IMG/VR virus record: IMGVR_UViG_3300045125_000071
Coordinates: 171,582 to 235,581 of that record
Direction: 5' to 3' (one strand)
Length of the DNA: 64,000 nt
Source: a virus
This document shows positions 32,743 through 45,500 of this stretch, in pieces. Positions within the stretch are counted from its first letter, which is position 1; every line of letters starts with the position of its first letter. The notes under the pieces are model-generated. The model did no database searches. It saw nothing but the letters and a program-made list of their open reading frames with translations, and was not told the origin of the DNA. The translations under genes were made by a program, and so were the position numbers.

Positions 32743-33528
32743 TTATATTTGTTTTTTACGTTCTAAAAATATTGTTGATTCATCATAAAGATAATCTAAT
32801 ATTTTGATTACTTCTCGTTTTCCACTATATTCTAAACAAAATATTTTATCTTCACTTATGTAACCGCCAACATTTAATCGATTATTTAAATGTTTTTTTA
32901 ATTCAGCGCAAAATTGTTCAGTACCTCTAAATGTTAATTTTTGTTTGTGTGTTTGTGTATTATCATTTTTATTGGTGTTAAGATACAAAGATAATCCCCC
33001 ATCACCATCAAAATAACCTCTAATAAAATGTTTTATCATATTATTGGGTATAAAATTAGGAATGTAATTTTAAATGTTTTGTTTTGAACACACCTAAAAT
33101 TTTTAATCTTTTGGATATCTGTTACATTGTTAATGTCCAAATATTTTTGTTTATAATTTTCACCTCTTGACGTATCAACACCTAAAGGTCTATTAGATTC
33201 CAAAACATTTTTTATTTTAATCAATATTTCTTCATCACTTTCTTTTAGTGATAAACGAATTGATTTTCTTTTTCATTATGATATCCATCAGCATATAAAA
33301 ACCCCAAAACGTATGAACTATTCTCATTTAATTCATCAAAAAAATTCTCATTGATTGTATAAATTCTCCTACTTTCAGAAAAGTTTTTTAATTTTCTCCT
33401 CTTCTTTTCAATAAATTTCTCACCGAAGTTCTATGTATCTTATATTTCAATGAAAGTTCATTTAAACCAATACCATTTCGATAGTCATCAATTAATGTTA
33501 TTTTTTCTGTATCTGTTAATTTTCCCAT
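32743..33528 (-). mobile_element. free-standing LAGLIDADG homing endonuclease (frameshifted) between the Prs-like halves
   Basis: YVLGFLYADG and HFIRGYFDGDG motifs; FLERK C-terminus. Confidence 0.8.
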
Positions 33529-33556
33529 ATTATTTAATTGTGATGTCTTTGTGGTA

Positions 33557-34024
33557 TTATTCTTTTACCACATCACTATTATAAATACTATCAATTGCAA
33601 ATAAAACCAATTCATTGTTTTTAATTTCAACAAAATTATTTAAACAACACTCTAAACTAGATGAATGCGGGTCAAGTGTAATAACCTTAGAATAGTTTTG
33701 ACTATTGATGATAGGACAAATTACTTGTTTGAGATAATTCACACCGCCCTCAACAAACTTCCTATCACTTCGTGACCCCAAGAAATATGGAACATATAGT
33801 TCAATCTTTCTACTTGGTTGAATATTGCGAATCGCCTGGGTTGCACAAATGATAAGTTCAGGGTCACGGAAGGAATTGAGTCGGGATTCAATCCTTACAG
33901 GGTCGGTATATCTTTCAATACATGACCAATCCGTAAGGTCGATTGTTTGTTGACCATCAGGGAAGTTAGATATTTTAAATTCTACTTGAGAATTTTCAGG
34001 ATATGCTAAAGAAAGGCTACACAT
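33557..34024 (-). CDS. Prs/Adps-like enzyme, N-terminal domain
   Basis: FPDGQ, YVPYFLGSRSDR, LDPHS. Confidence 0.85.
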   Translation of the reverse strand: MCSLSLAYPENSQVEFKISNFPDGQQTIDLTDWSCIERYTDPVRIESRLNSFRDPELIICATQAIRNIQPSRKIELYVPYFLGSRSDRKFVEGGVNYLKQVICPIINSQNYSKVITLDPHSSSLECCLNNFVEIKNNELVLFAIDSIYNSDVVKE

Positions 34025-35056
34025 ATGATTGTTTTTTTATGAAATAAAGGTATATGTTAAACTAACAACACTTAAAATTTGTAATATAACCCAGATAATA
34101 AAAATTATTGAATAATTCAAATTATTCTGTTCATAATTAACTGAAGTGAGATGTTCCGCAAATTTCTCAATGAAAAAAACACCTACTATGGGCACCCACC
34201 AATACCATATCATTTTTCTCATACTATTGATGTTTGATTGTTTAAATAATTTCAATAGATTCTGTCACCCAATTTTTTCTTCCTTCACTTTTTTATAGTG
34301 TTTCCAAACTTTGGATGATTTTTCATAATCTTCATAATCATTGAAAATTGTTATTAACATTTTTGAGAAAAGTTCGAATGTTTCTTCATCATACTCATAA
34401 TCAGAATGAATAAATTTTTCATCGATATCTCTGGGTAATGAAAGTAACCCATTACTGACCACACCATAATCGGCAAAAACTTTTAGTAACACACCCACAT
34501 GTGATATTTCTCCGAAAAAAACCATCGATGGGTCATCATCATCTGGTTTTAAATCGTTATTGTTAACTTTTAATAGCATTTTGATAGCTATTAATTTTGA
34601 AACTATATCACATTTATCCTTATCATCATTAATGCCTGGAAAATGATGTATACCAAGAATATTTGATTCATCAACCCAAAAAACAACACAAAACTTGTGC
34701 TCAATTTTTTTGGTATATATAATGAACTTACCACCTTTATGGGCGTATTCACTATCAAAATCTTGACAAGCAATAATTTCACGAGTAACTTTCATATATA
34801 ATTTTTTTAATGGTTAATCACCACCACCACTGTCTCCACCTCCGCTATCACTCCCACTGTCACTACCCCAATCACCACCAGAACCACCACCACCAAAATC
34901 ACCGCCACCGTAACTGAAGTTTGATGTCATATGTGTCGTTACATCATCATCAAAACTAAAAACACTAGTATTAAACATTGATGAGTCAGATGTTGAATAA
35001 ACATTGCCATCTTGTTCATCTTTTTTCTTTTCTTTTCTTATTCCAGGGCCACATGA

Positions 35057-35936
35057 TTATTCAGATTTTGTTGTGTTATCTGATTTTGTTTCAACCGTTA
35101 TTTTTGTTGCACCGCCCTCTCTCTCATAACTTCAAGACCAACATTTTCAATGCCTCTGCTCTTATAAACTTTCATTGCGGTGGCAACATCAATTGCTTGT
35201 CTTGTTTGTTCATCAAGGTCAAATGTAAGTGTGATGAAGTTTAATTTAACACCGAACGGTTCAAGAATTTTATTGCTCTCGACAAGTAATTTATCTTCCA
35301 AATCTGATTGGTCCAATTCAACAATATCTTCATCAACAAAAAGGCCTTTTGCAGCTTCTTTTATCCTTTTATCAATAACCATATTTTCAGCACCTTCAAA
35401 GTTGCTACCAATTGCAGCATCATCATCAGCATCGCTATTGGCTTTACCCAAAAATTTTGCTTGTTTAATAAATGCAAGTGGTTCTGTTATTGAATAATCA
35501 TAATCAATGTGAGTAACGGTTCTAACCTTGTCTTTTAGATTTGTAACGAACCTACTTTCACCTTGCATCGGAAAATTGGGGATTACAACTTTCATATAGC
35601 ATGGGTTTACACCAGGCCTAGGAACAGCTTCGCCAGCATTAATTTTTGACCATGTTACACGCAGTCATCTGAAACAACAACTTGTTGATTTGATTTGGCG
35701 TAATAGCATCCTTGCAATGTGAATAGAAGACCAACAATTAGAAAGGTCCAAATTCTTTTGAGAACATCGAAACCATAATAAATAAAAAACACACCACCGA
35801 GTAGAAGAATCACGCCAAGTGAAAAAATTTGTTCTGAAATAATTCAAATCAAATAGTCTGTAGATGCCGAAAGCGATTAGAATTATAAAATTGATAACAG
35901 AAGTGCTGCAATTACTTTGTTGAATTTTTTCGCCAT
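35057..35936 (-). CDS. membrane-anchored SPFH/band-7-like protein (frameshifted, boundaries uncertain)
   Basis: hydrophobic N-terminus; YDYSITEP, LEPFGVKLNFI, RQAID pattern. Confidence 0.35.
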
Positions 35937-36527
35937 GATGTTTAGTTTATGTTGTTAAAGATAAAAAACTTTTTGTTAAGAAAAAAATTATAGAACAAAT
36001 ATTTCTGATAATTCCTTGAGTTTTTTTTCAGAGTATGTTTGTTTGTTTATACATCAGACCGTATTCATCATGATATACTTCCAAAATGTTTGTTTTTTCC
36101 ATTCTTTTATAACCAAAAACAATAAAGCAATTATGAATATCTGAGGAAGCAATACCATTAAATAAAAAGATTTGGTTATCTTTTATATCAGAGAATTCGA
36201 TTTGACGATATTTTTTATTTTGCAAAACGTAAAAAAAATTATTTTGCAAAAACTTCGACATTATGGGATATTTTATACGTCTATAAATTATCTTAGTCGT
36301 TAATTTTTTTCAAAATATCGTTACTGAGATACATTAACCAGGCAAAAATGGCTAGTGTTTGTAATGTTACTGCACTGGAGAAATCACCTTTGAATACGTT
36401 GTAGGTTATCCCGCCTATGCAGAACACATTAAAAGACATTAAAAGTCCCTTCACTAGTTTTCTTATTTTATCGATGTTCATATGCAAATTTGTTTTTAAA
36501 TGTTTCTTTATATTTTTCACCATCATC

Positions 36528-36966
36528 TATTTCATCCAATTTAATCATGACATCCATTACCGCCATAAGACCATCGAACTGGTCTTCCATGATTTCTTTT
36601 TTCAGTTTTACGCCCATATTCGATAAATTCTAATATTGTATTGTTTTCGAATGCAAATTCTATTTGTGCCAATTCTTGATGAGTATACCCTGTCAATTCT
36701 TTCAGCCTTGTACTATAAGATAATAATTCACCATCAATAATTTTAGGTATTTCTTGATGTCCATGTGTCGTTATAAATAATTTTGACCAGAATGTGTTAT
36801 TTCAGATTACACCGAAAAAAGAATCTTCATCGATTTTTATTTTGGCACCCATAGCATCTGCAACAATGTTTCCAACCGCACAAGCGGCACATGTTCCTTT
36901 TGCCAATGTGCCATTCATGAATGCGTTGTACAAAGCATTGTACGCCTTTTCGAATCTTTGGGTCAT
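36528..36966 (-). CDS. Bacteroidota-type hypothetical protein (frameshifted)
   Basis: MTQRFEKAYNALYNAF..CAACAVGNI..GYTHQELAQIEFAFE. Confidence 0.5.
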
Positions 36967-37220
36967 GGTTATTGGTTTTGTTCTGAACCGTATGTTCTGT
37001 TGTAATAATCCTCGGAAGTTAATTGTTTGTCCTGGATGCTTCCGTTTATCATGGTAAAAATACCATCTTCTCTTGCTTTGATTATTTCTGCTTTTTCATC
37101 TGGAATGTAACATTCCACCATCTCAACGCAATCTTGTGGAATATTCAATTTCAATTGGTTCTCTTTTAACCATTTTAGCAAATTAAAAAGCGGAGTGTTC
37201 ATTTTGTTTGGTTTAGTTTG

Positions 37221-37304
37221 CGGAGAGGAAGGGAATCGAACCCCCAAAGCCATTACAGCCCAGCTGATTTCAAGTCAGTGTCCTCGTCCATTCGGACCCT
37301 CTCC
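37221..37304 (-). tRNA. tRNA-Ser(UGA)
   Basis: Acceptor stem GGAGAGG/CCTCTCC, anticodon loop CT-TGA-AA, long variable arm, GGTTCGATTCC T-arm; no encoded CCA. Confidence 0.9.
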
Positions 37305-37537
37305 ATATATAAATACTACCTAATCCTATCCTCTTTGATTTTTGTGCTGCTGATTTGTTGGTAATGAAAATATTTTCTTTCGTTTTCCAAAAGCTGATAA
37401 TATTCATCGAATGATATCAGTTGACCAGCGTCATAAGATTTACCATTCAAAGATTTGAACGATGTGTTGCACTTGTACATTTTTATTGATTTAAAAATGG
37501 GTGAGGGAAATTAATCCCCCACCCATTTGATTTTTGA

Positions 37538-38934
37538 TTAACCGTTTGCAATGGCCTTCACCGTGTTGCTAATTTGACCGAAGTAACCTTCGTCATGGAG
37601 CATAGCCTTGAAAGCATTCACAAATTGACTATCCTTGCTTGCGGATGTATCTTTCGTCTTGGACAATTGTACCTGACGGAGATATGAATCGATGCAAACC
37701 TTAAAGTGTAGTGCCTTGATAGTTTGCTCATCCCGCATAACCATATTACTCTTCACATTTTCAATGATTTCAGCCATGAAAGCGGGGGCAATATCGTTCT
37801 TTTCAATCATCTCATAAATCGGGGTGAAGTCACCTTCAAGTTCGATTCCCTGGCAGAAATGATTGATATACTTTTCAGCGGTTTTCGCGTTGAAGAGCCC
37901 ATCGAAATGATGCTACCAATCCTCTTCACCGCGAAGGAAGGTCGGTTCAATCAGATTGATAGCTGATTGGTGGTGAACAGAGAAATCACATTCATGTTCT
38001 TGGTATCGCCACCATCAAGGGTGTTGAGAATGTCTTGCAGAGCAGCATCCCTGTCACCTCTGGTAACTTGATCAATATCCTCAACGAATACGATGATACC
38101 GTTGCCATTTTTGTCAAGCGTCTTGGACATTCTCAGCGTATCTGCGAGGAGTTTCGGACTCTTGAGGTAGATGAATGACCAACTATTCTTGATGGCTTCT
38201 TTTGCCAATTTGAAGGCGAGAAGGGTCTTGCCCGTACCATACGGTCCTTCGAGAATGCAACCAAATTTCAGGGAATACCATTTGGACACATTTCTGAGGA
38301 TGAATGATTCTTGCTTTAAGTGGACTCAAAGCATATTCGGTTTCATCCGAAAGAATCATAACCTCCTTGTCAATGTTCGAAAGGTCGATGATTTCAGGTT
38401 GACCATGATTAACATTCTCATTTATCTCAAAAGCCTGATTCCTGTAAATGGAATCGGTATTCAAGAGATAAATTGTCCTGTCGATAATTTGGTCAATCAG
38501 ACCATTGAATCTGAACTGGCAAGTTCCCTGAACGTGGAGAGTTTTGGAATCAAGGTGATAACGGATATCAATTTTGGCATCCTCACCCATGTCTGGCAAG
38601 CTAATCTCTCCATAAGGAATCTTTTTCCTCACACCGTTTGCGAGTAACATCAATCGTGTCGATGGGTTGGTTGCCAGATGATGGTGATGTTTTCTGCTCC
38701 TTTACAGTGGATACACCGATTATTTCCTCGATGCTGCGATAGAGTTGGTAAACACCATCATTCAAAAAAACACGGGATTTTGTAGTTGAAATTTGTCATC
38801 CGCTTTGACATCTCTATCTCATTTTCGAGATAGGACAGAATCTGCGAATACGGCTTCTTTCCCTGTCCAAGACTTACTAATTCCGCTTTCTTTTCCTTGT
38901 CCCAGGTCTTTTGGGCTAATGCAATTTGTTGCAT
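37538..38934 (-). CDS. AAA+ ATPase (multiply frameshifted)
   Basis: Walker A GPYGTGKT, Walker B IVFVEDID, ILNTLDG, FTTN. Confidence 0.8.
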
Positions 38935-39507
38935 ACTGTTCTGATTATTGATTTACATTGTTGGTGACTTAGTTCTAGACATCCGAATGATACCATATCA
39001 TTACGGATTATCATCATCATGTTTTGACTTAACCTGATTCTATCCATTCCCGATTCATAAGCTGCTTTTAGATTATCAAATAAGAACCTATTATCTTTAT
39101 AAACCATTTCATTTGTAGTCTCATCGTACATGATTGGTAGTCCGTTCCTGCAATGGTCTAGTAGATACATCTGTGTCTTGTTTAATTGCTTGACAAAAAT
39201 AACAAGAATTTTTGAATACCAAAAATTTTTTTTAAAATTCTTTTTCTTCGTCCTCGTCGTAGTTATCTTCTTTTATGACCTTTATGAAATCTATAATCAC
39301 ATAAACCATAAGTATAGCTACAGCCAATCCAACGATTTTTATGAACATATTACAATTATTTTTTAATATTTTATATAAGGCTTATGTTTTGAATATTTGT
39401 TTAACGATGTATTAAACTTCCTCATTCCAAAACCAACTATATGCATTTTGGGATTGCAGTTAGTTGCAAATATAATTATCGTGAATATTATCAATAATTT
39501 ATATATG

Positions 39508-39948
39508 TTACCACATATTTGCGCAAGTAAGTTTTTTACCATCATAATCTATTTGAATTTGTTCAAATACTCTATCGACAGTATTCTTATAGTGTTGTTC
39601 TACAGTATATCTATCGTGAAAACTTCTCAATCCATGAATTACGGTTGTGTGGTCTCTATTTGCTACGATTTTCCCAATGTCTTGCAGACTTAATCCACAT
39701 CTCAATTTAAATGCCGCAAAACATATATATCTCGCATCAACTATATTTTGTTTTCTAGATTTGGAAAGTATATCTTCCACTGTAACATCACACTCGTTAG
39801 CAACAATTTGAAGAATTTCGTTCTGTGTTATTTTTAAGGGTTTTGTTGCTTTTTTAGGGGTAACTTCTTTTGCGTATGTTTCCATAATTTCTTGATAATG
39901 AACACCAACAAATATATATGGGTGTACTATCTGACGTTCTTTAGGCAT
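39508..39948 (-). CDS. stand-alone DnaA C-terminal (domain IV) HTH protein
   Basis: ILQIVANECDVTVEDILSKSRKQNIVDARY..SLQDIG..RDHTTVIHG signature; no AAA+ domain. Confidence 0.85.
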   Translation of the reverse strand: MPKERQIVHPYIFVGVHYQEIMETYAKEVTPKKATKPLKITQNEILQIVANECDVTVEDILSKSRKQNIVDARYICFAAFKLRCGLSLQDIGKIVANRDHTTVIHGLRSFHDRYTVEQHYKNTVDRVFEQIQIDYDGKKLTCANMW

Positions 39949-40308
39949 TTGGTTTTAAATTAATATCCCCAAATATATAACATTCTATTGAATAAATAAG
40001 AAATAACGGAAAAATTAAAAATTCTAAAAAAACGGGATAATTGTTACTTTTTACCTAAAATTTCACCTGTTTGTGTATTAATCGCATAAACAGTACCATC
40101 TTTATCTTGTGTTAAAAGAAACCTAAAGGTGCGTCTGGATTTACAACTTCTGAATTTGAAGTAGCGTCATCACCTATTTCGTCAGTATCGATTTCTTCAT
40201 AAGTATCCATTGATTCTTTCAACAATATTCTTAACGATAACCTCAATATCTTTCTGTTTGATTTTAACAACTTTTGACATATAATCTTTTTATATAAATA
40301 TTGGAAAA

Positions 40309-40859
40309 TTAGAAATAGTGTTTATTTAAATCGAAATACGGTAACGAATTATCTTTATCTGAAATTATAGCTTCTGAAGAATCAACACCCCAATTTATAT
40401 TCAATGATGGGTCGTTGTATTTTAAACCAGAATCGAATTCTGGTTTAAAAAAGTTATCTACTTTGTATTGTACAAAAGCTTGTTCTGATAAAACAGAAAA
40501 TCCGTGTGCAAAACCTTTTGGTATGTATATAATCTTATTATCAGTTAATTCCACAGACATGTGCTTACCAAATGTTGGTTGATGAATTTCTCAAATCAAC
40601 TATCACGTCGATTATTGTGCCATAAACACATCTGACAAGTTTTGCTTGTGCATATTTTTCCAACACTGGAAATGTAATCCTCTGATTACATTTTTTTTGA
40701 AAATGATTCATTGTCTTGTATGAATTCGACATTGTAACCAAGAAGAGAACTGAATTCATTTTGATTATATGTTGTTGAAAAATGACCTCTGAAATCTCTG
40801 AAAACATCGAAGGCATATAATTCAACACCAACAAGTATGGTTCCCTTATAATTTTCCAT
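40309..40859 (-). CDS. rmlC: dTDP-4-dehydrorhamnose 3,5-epimerase (frameshifted)
   Basis: QAKLVRCVYGTIIDVIVDLR, YIPKGFAHGFSVLS, YKVDN, NDPSLNINW. Confidence 0.85.
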
Positions 40860-41456
40860 AGGTCAGATTAATCTTCATTATATTCAGCTATCTCCCATGA
40901 AAATTTACGCTTACCATATAGTTGATAAACATGATTATTTTCTTTCCAATCTTTTGCTGAGATATTTTTAATCTCTTTGAGGTATTCTTTTGCTTCCTTT
41001 AGATTGTTAAATACTTTTGGTGTGTATCTTTCATCTTTTGGTTTATTAATCTCCCAAAATTTCCACCAAATGTCTGTTCTTGAAGATGATTCTTCGGCTA
41101 AGTACATTTCCATTTCGGGGTCGTGATTGAAATCCCTGATTACGTACTTCTTTTTCCATTTTTTTTGATTTTTAGATTTCGATATAGATTGGGGTTTTTT
41201 CGCCGACGTAAGCTGACCAAGTGTTGTATTCAAGATATTCGACAGAATCTTCAAATGTCATATCCTGTGTCTTTACAAGAATATCAATCATTTTATTTCT
41301 ATCATAAACTAAAACCATTGTATCTGGTTCAACACCAATAATGGCATCATCAAACCCATCCGCCTTTAGAAATTCTTCGTCTGGGTATAAGTCTAAAATT
41401 TCATCAAATGTCACTAAAATTCTTTGATATATGATAATATAGGAAAAATTTTTTGA

Positions 41457-41491
41457 AAAAAAAATCCCGACATGAAAGTCGGGATTTTTTT
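41457..41491. terminator. bidirectional Rho-independent terminator
   Basis: A-run, TCCCGAC-ATGAAA-GTCGGGA, T-run. Confidence 0.8.
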
Positions 41492-41536
41492 ATCACTTTA
41501 AGTGCCTGGATTTTATTTCATCCAGTATTCTTTTAA

Positions 41537-43669
41537 CTAAAAATTAGTCTCTTCTAAATTACCAAATGTTTTTTGTGAGATGTCAATACCAACCAACGCT
41601 TGCTGTGGGTCGATTGCTTTGACTTTATCCATAAAGTCATATATCACTTGTTCGAGACCTTCTCTAACAGGTAACAAATCAATAATAGTTGTTACTGTAT
41701 AATGTACCTTATCTTTATCTGGTAATTGGTTGAATTCTTCAGCCGATATTACTTGTCCTTCTGGTACTGACATACCTTGGCTACTGGTATATTTTCTTTG
41801 AGATATGAATGTACTATCTAAATTCATATTTTCATCAAGACCAACCTCTACGGTACTTTCAATAACCGAACCATTATAAACATCATTGATAAATTCAGGG
41901 GATAAATTATAATCTTTAAAATCTACTTTACCACCAAAAACTTCATCATTTTCGTACCGTATTGTAATTTCATTTTAAGATTCATCACGAATTTATTGTT
42001 TTCCTTTTTCCCAAACAATGTCCATAACTGTGATAATGTTGTAGATGGGTTTGGTTTCTGATAACCATATCTATCCAAAGAATATATTGGTGATGTACCT
42101 TCCCATCTTGTAATAGTTTTATCATCAGATGTTTCTTCAGGATTAAGTTCAAATTGCGCACCCTTATCAAGGTTCCAGTTACTATAAATTTTGTTAAATC
42201 TTCTGGCTACATAGTACATATTGGTTCCAAGATAGTTTAACGCCCACTTGTTACCGCTTTTTTGACCGACAACATCATCAATATTTATTGTTAACCTATT
42301 TCTTTTATTATCATAAGCAACAATATGACCTTTAATATAGTTGTTTTTACCCAAACCAAATCCAATTTTATTATCAAACAACTCTAATACAACTGGCGCG
42401 TTTTCTTTTCTTGGACCATCATATCTAACATCAACGTCTAATCTTATGGTGTCACCAATTTTTAATTCTTTTAAATTAAGAAAAGTTTCTATAATACGAA
42501 AATCGTATTTTTTACCTTGTGCTCTTGCTAAAATTTTGGTTAAGAAATCATCATCACTATCAAAACTTACATAATTTAAACCTTGATATAAGATAGTATT
42601 ATTTGATAATTCACCTATATGATTATTGAGGAATTTTCTAGAAAATATAATCGGTGGTATGCTTCTACTCGTAAAAAGATTATAATATTCTTTACCGTCT
42701 TCAAATTTTTCAGTCATTAAATCATTTATCTTTGTCTTAATCATTTCTGAAACCGAAGCTTTATTTCCAGTAACTTTTGCTGCACTTCTTACAGCAACAT
42801 CTTTTGAATATTTTTCAATATCGATAGGTGTTGTTGGTGTTACAATATTAAGTTTACCTTTTGGTTGGTCAGTTGGTCTAATATTTTTTTGTAGTTCGCC
42901 GCCAACTCTTCTCTGGCAACGAATAAATATGGGGTTTAATTTATGATACCTCTGGATTAATTTTAACCAATCAATATTATTTTTTATAAACTCATCAACA
43001 TTTTCACATGTCAATGGAATAACCATAAATTCTTCACCCTCAACCTTATTTGGATTTAAAATCCAATAATCTGGTTCTGGCGTTTTTCTGAATTTTTTTC
43101 CACATAGGGGCGGCTGCAACAATATCGCGACGAGTTATGAATGCCCCATAATTTGGGTTTTAATCTTATTACCCTCAGGGTCTTCTATATATTTTCGATA
43201 ATCTCTAGCTGGTTCTGCACCATGTTCTTTATATCCAAGATATTTTCTTAATGTTCTTTGATATGGTAAAAGATGGCTCACATCCCTGGATTCAATTTCA
43301 GGAAAATATCTATTGTGATTGGGATTTCTTGTCAATGGTGTAAAAGTTTGACCATTTGGTTTTTTTACTTCGACTGGTGGCGCATCCCCCAGCAATTATA
43401 AAAATTCTTTTGTTCGGTTGCTGGGTCCAATGCGGAATAATCTTTGAAAGATAAAATGGTTCCTTTTTTATTGTTTGACCATTGGATGTTGTAAAATCAA
43501 TTTCTGCTTTCCATTTCCCACCTCTCAAATCTTCATCATAATTCACAATGTCTCTATAACAATCACGAGGTTTTCTTGGTGTTGTGGCTTGTCTGGTCAA
43601 CGCTTCATCTACCTCATTTTGTGCTTCAATAATTAAATTAATTATTTGTAATTTGTCTTTTTTTAGCAT
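41537..43669 (-). CDS. large hypothetical protein (probably one frameshifted gene)
   Basis: abutting ORF pieces 43310-43669, 43135-43395, 41923-43122, 41537-41827. Confidence 0.45.
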
Positions 43670-43925
43670 TATAAAAATATTTTCCTACTCATTATTATTA
43701 TCATAAATATTATGATTTTCCGAATTATCATCTGGTATTTCGGGATTCCTTAGTTTATATTCATAACAACTTTTACAAAATTGCCCAACACCTTCGACAT
43801 AACCATACCGATAATATATATCGGTTTCAAAATCATAATTGGTTTCGCGACCGCACATAACGCATTTGTCCTTTGCCATAAAATATGTTTTATGCAATAT
43901 AAACAATTTCGGAATAAAAAAATTT

Positions 43926-45487
43926 TTATGATAAATTAGAACCAATAAATTTTTCTATTTTCCTACCACTTTGAGCTATTAGACTGTTCCCGCTATTCTT
44001 TCTCCTCTCAATCATCAACTCGGCTAGTGTTTCAGGGTCCGTTGTTCCAGATTCCACCAAACTATTCATCGTTTTAGCAAATCTTTGAAACCAGCCAGGC
44101 CCATTGTATGTGCATATATAAAATTAAATGTTAATTTTGGACTCGTACTGATTATTGATTTGGACTCATCGGATAAATAATTATTACTATTTTTAATATA
44201 TTCATTTTTAATCATATCTGTGGCTAATTTTTGAAGTTTCGGTCTATAATTGCCACCCATATAATTGTAATTCCAATTTTTTCTAGCATTTAGCGAATCT
44301 AATATTGCAAAAAATTCTCTACCTTCTGCGTATCTTTTTCCCAATCACCAGTTTTTCTATCAATACCAAACATTGTTTCACCAGAACCACCATATCTGCC
44401 ATCTTTAATTCTCCCATCCGTTAACATATCTGGATGGTAATAACCACCTTCTAATTTTTCGATGATGATATTCATCATACCATCAAAATCACCAGCAGAT
44501 AACCCTTGAGTGAACCTGAAACTTTTGAAGTTTCAACATATCGTTTTAAATCATCGGATGTTATATTTTCTGATTTCAATTTTTCATACAATAAATCAAC
44601 CATACTTTGTGTAACAACAGATAGATTACTACCCGTATTTGAAAAACCACTTAATTCAGCATCTGACGCTCCAGACCTATTTGATACATGTAGATGATTG
44701 TAATGATTACCACCAATATTTGTCTGCCATAAAACAGCTTTGTCGTTTCCAGATTCCTTATTCCAGGTGTAACCAAGGGCAACCAAAGCATCCTTCAATC
44801 TAAATCCTAATTCCTAAATTTTGGATTACCGTTTGATTGATTAGTTGCACCACCCGAACCAACACCATCAAGAATCGCAATATCAACCGCAGTTTGTGAC
44901 ATGTGACGACTTACTCTATTTGAATTAGACACACTATGCTGATGCCCAGATTTTGCGGTAGTTATAGTTACAACTATACCAGCAGCCTCAGCCGCTTTCT
45001 GTAAATCATCCAACAAAGCTTTATTAACAGAATCATATTGTGTAGCATCATTATCAAACTTAACATTTGAATATGAAGTATCGGCTAATTGAATCATTTC
45101 AAGTTCATTCAATATCCTAAACAATTTTGATTCACTTAAAGGTTCATTTTGATTTAAATCATTATCTTTTTTAAATTTTTCAACCGCTTTTGCGGTTTCT
45201 GGACCAAATAAACCATCAACACCGAATCTTGGTAATTGATAACCGAGAAGAATCAACGCTATCTGTATAGTTTCAACATCTTTCTGAAAATTCATACTAC
45301 CTCTTTGTTGTTGAGAAAGAGGTGTTTTAATGTTCTTTAGATTATCAAAAAATTTGGTCACATCATCTGTGACCAATTCAGCTTTTTCGGCTTGCTCCCT
45401 AATTGTGTTTAATTTGGATTTAACATCCTTTTCACCGTAGATAAGTGAATATATTCTAAATATCTGTTCGTTGAATTGTCTCCCCAT
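43926..45487 (-). CDS. multidomain peptidoglycan hydrolase: PG-binding + M15-like peptidase + GH108-like lysozyme (frameshifted)
   Basis: GVDGLFGPETAKAVEKFK; SRHMSQTAVDI..HYNHLH; manual translation KLEGGYYHPDM..GETMFGIDRK at ~44350-44460. Confidence 0.7.
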
Positions 45488-45500
45488 GTTTAATAAATAG

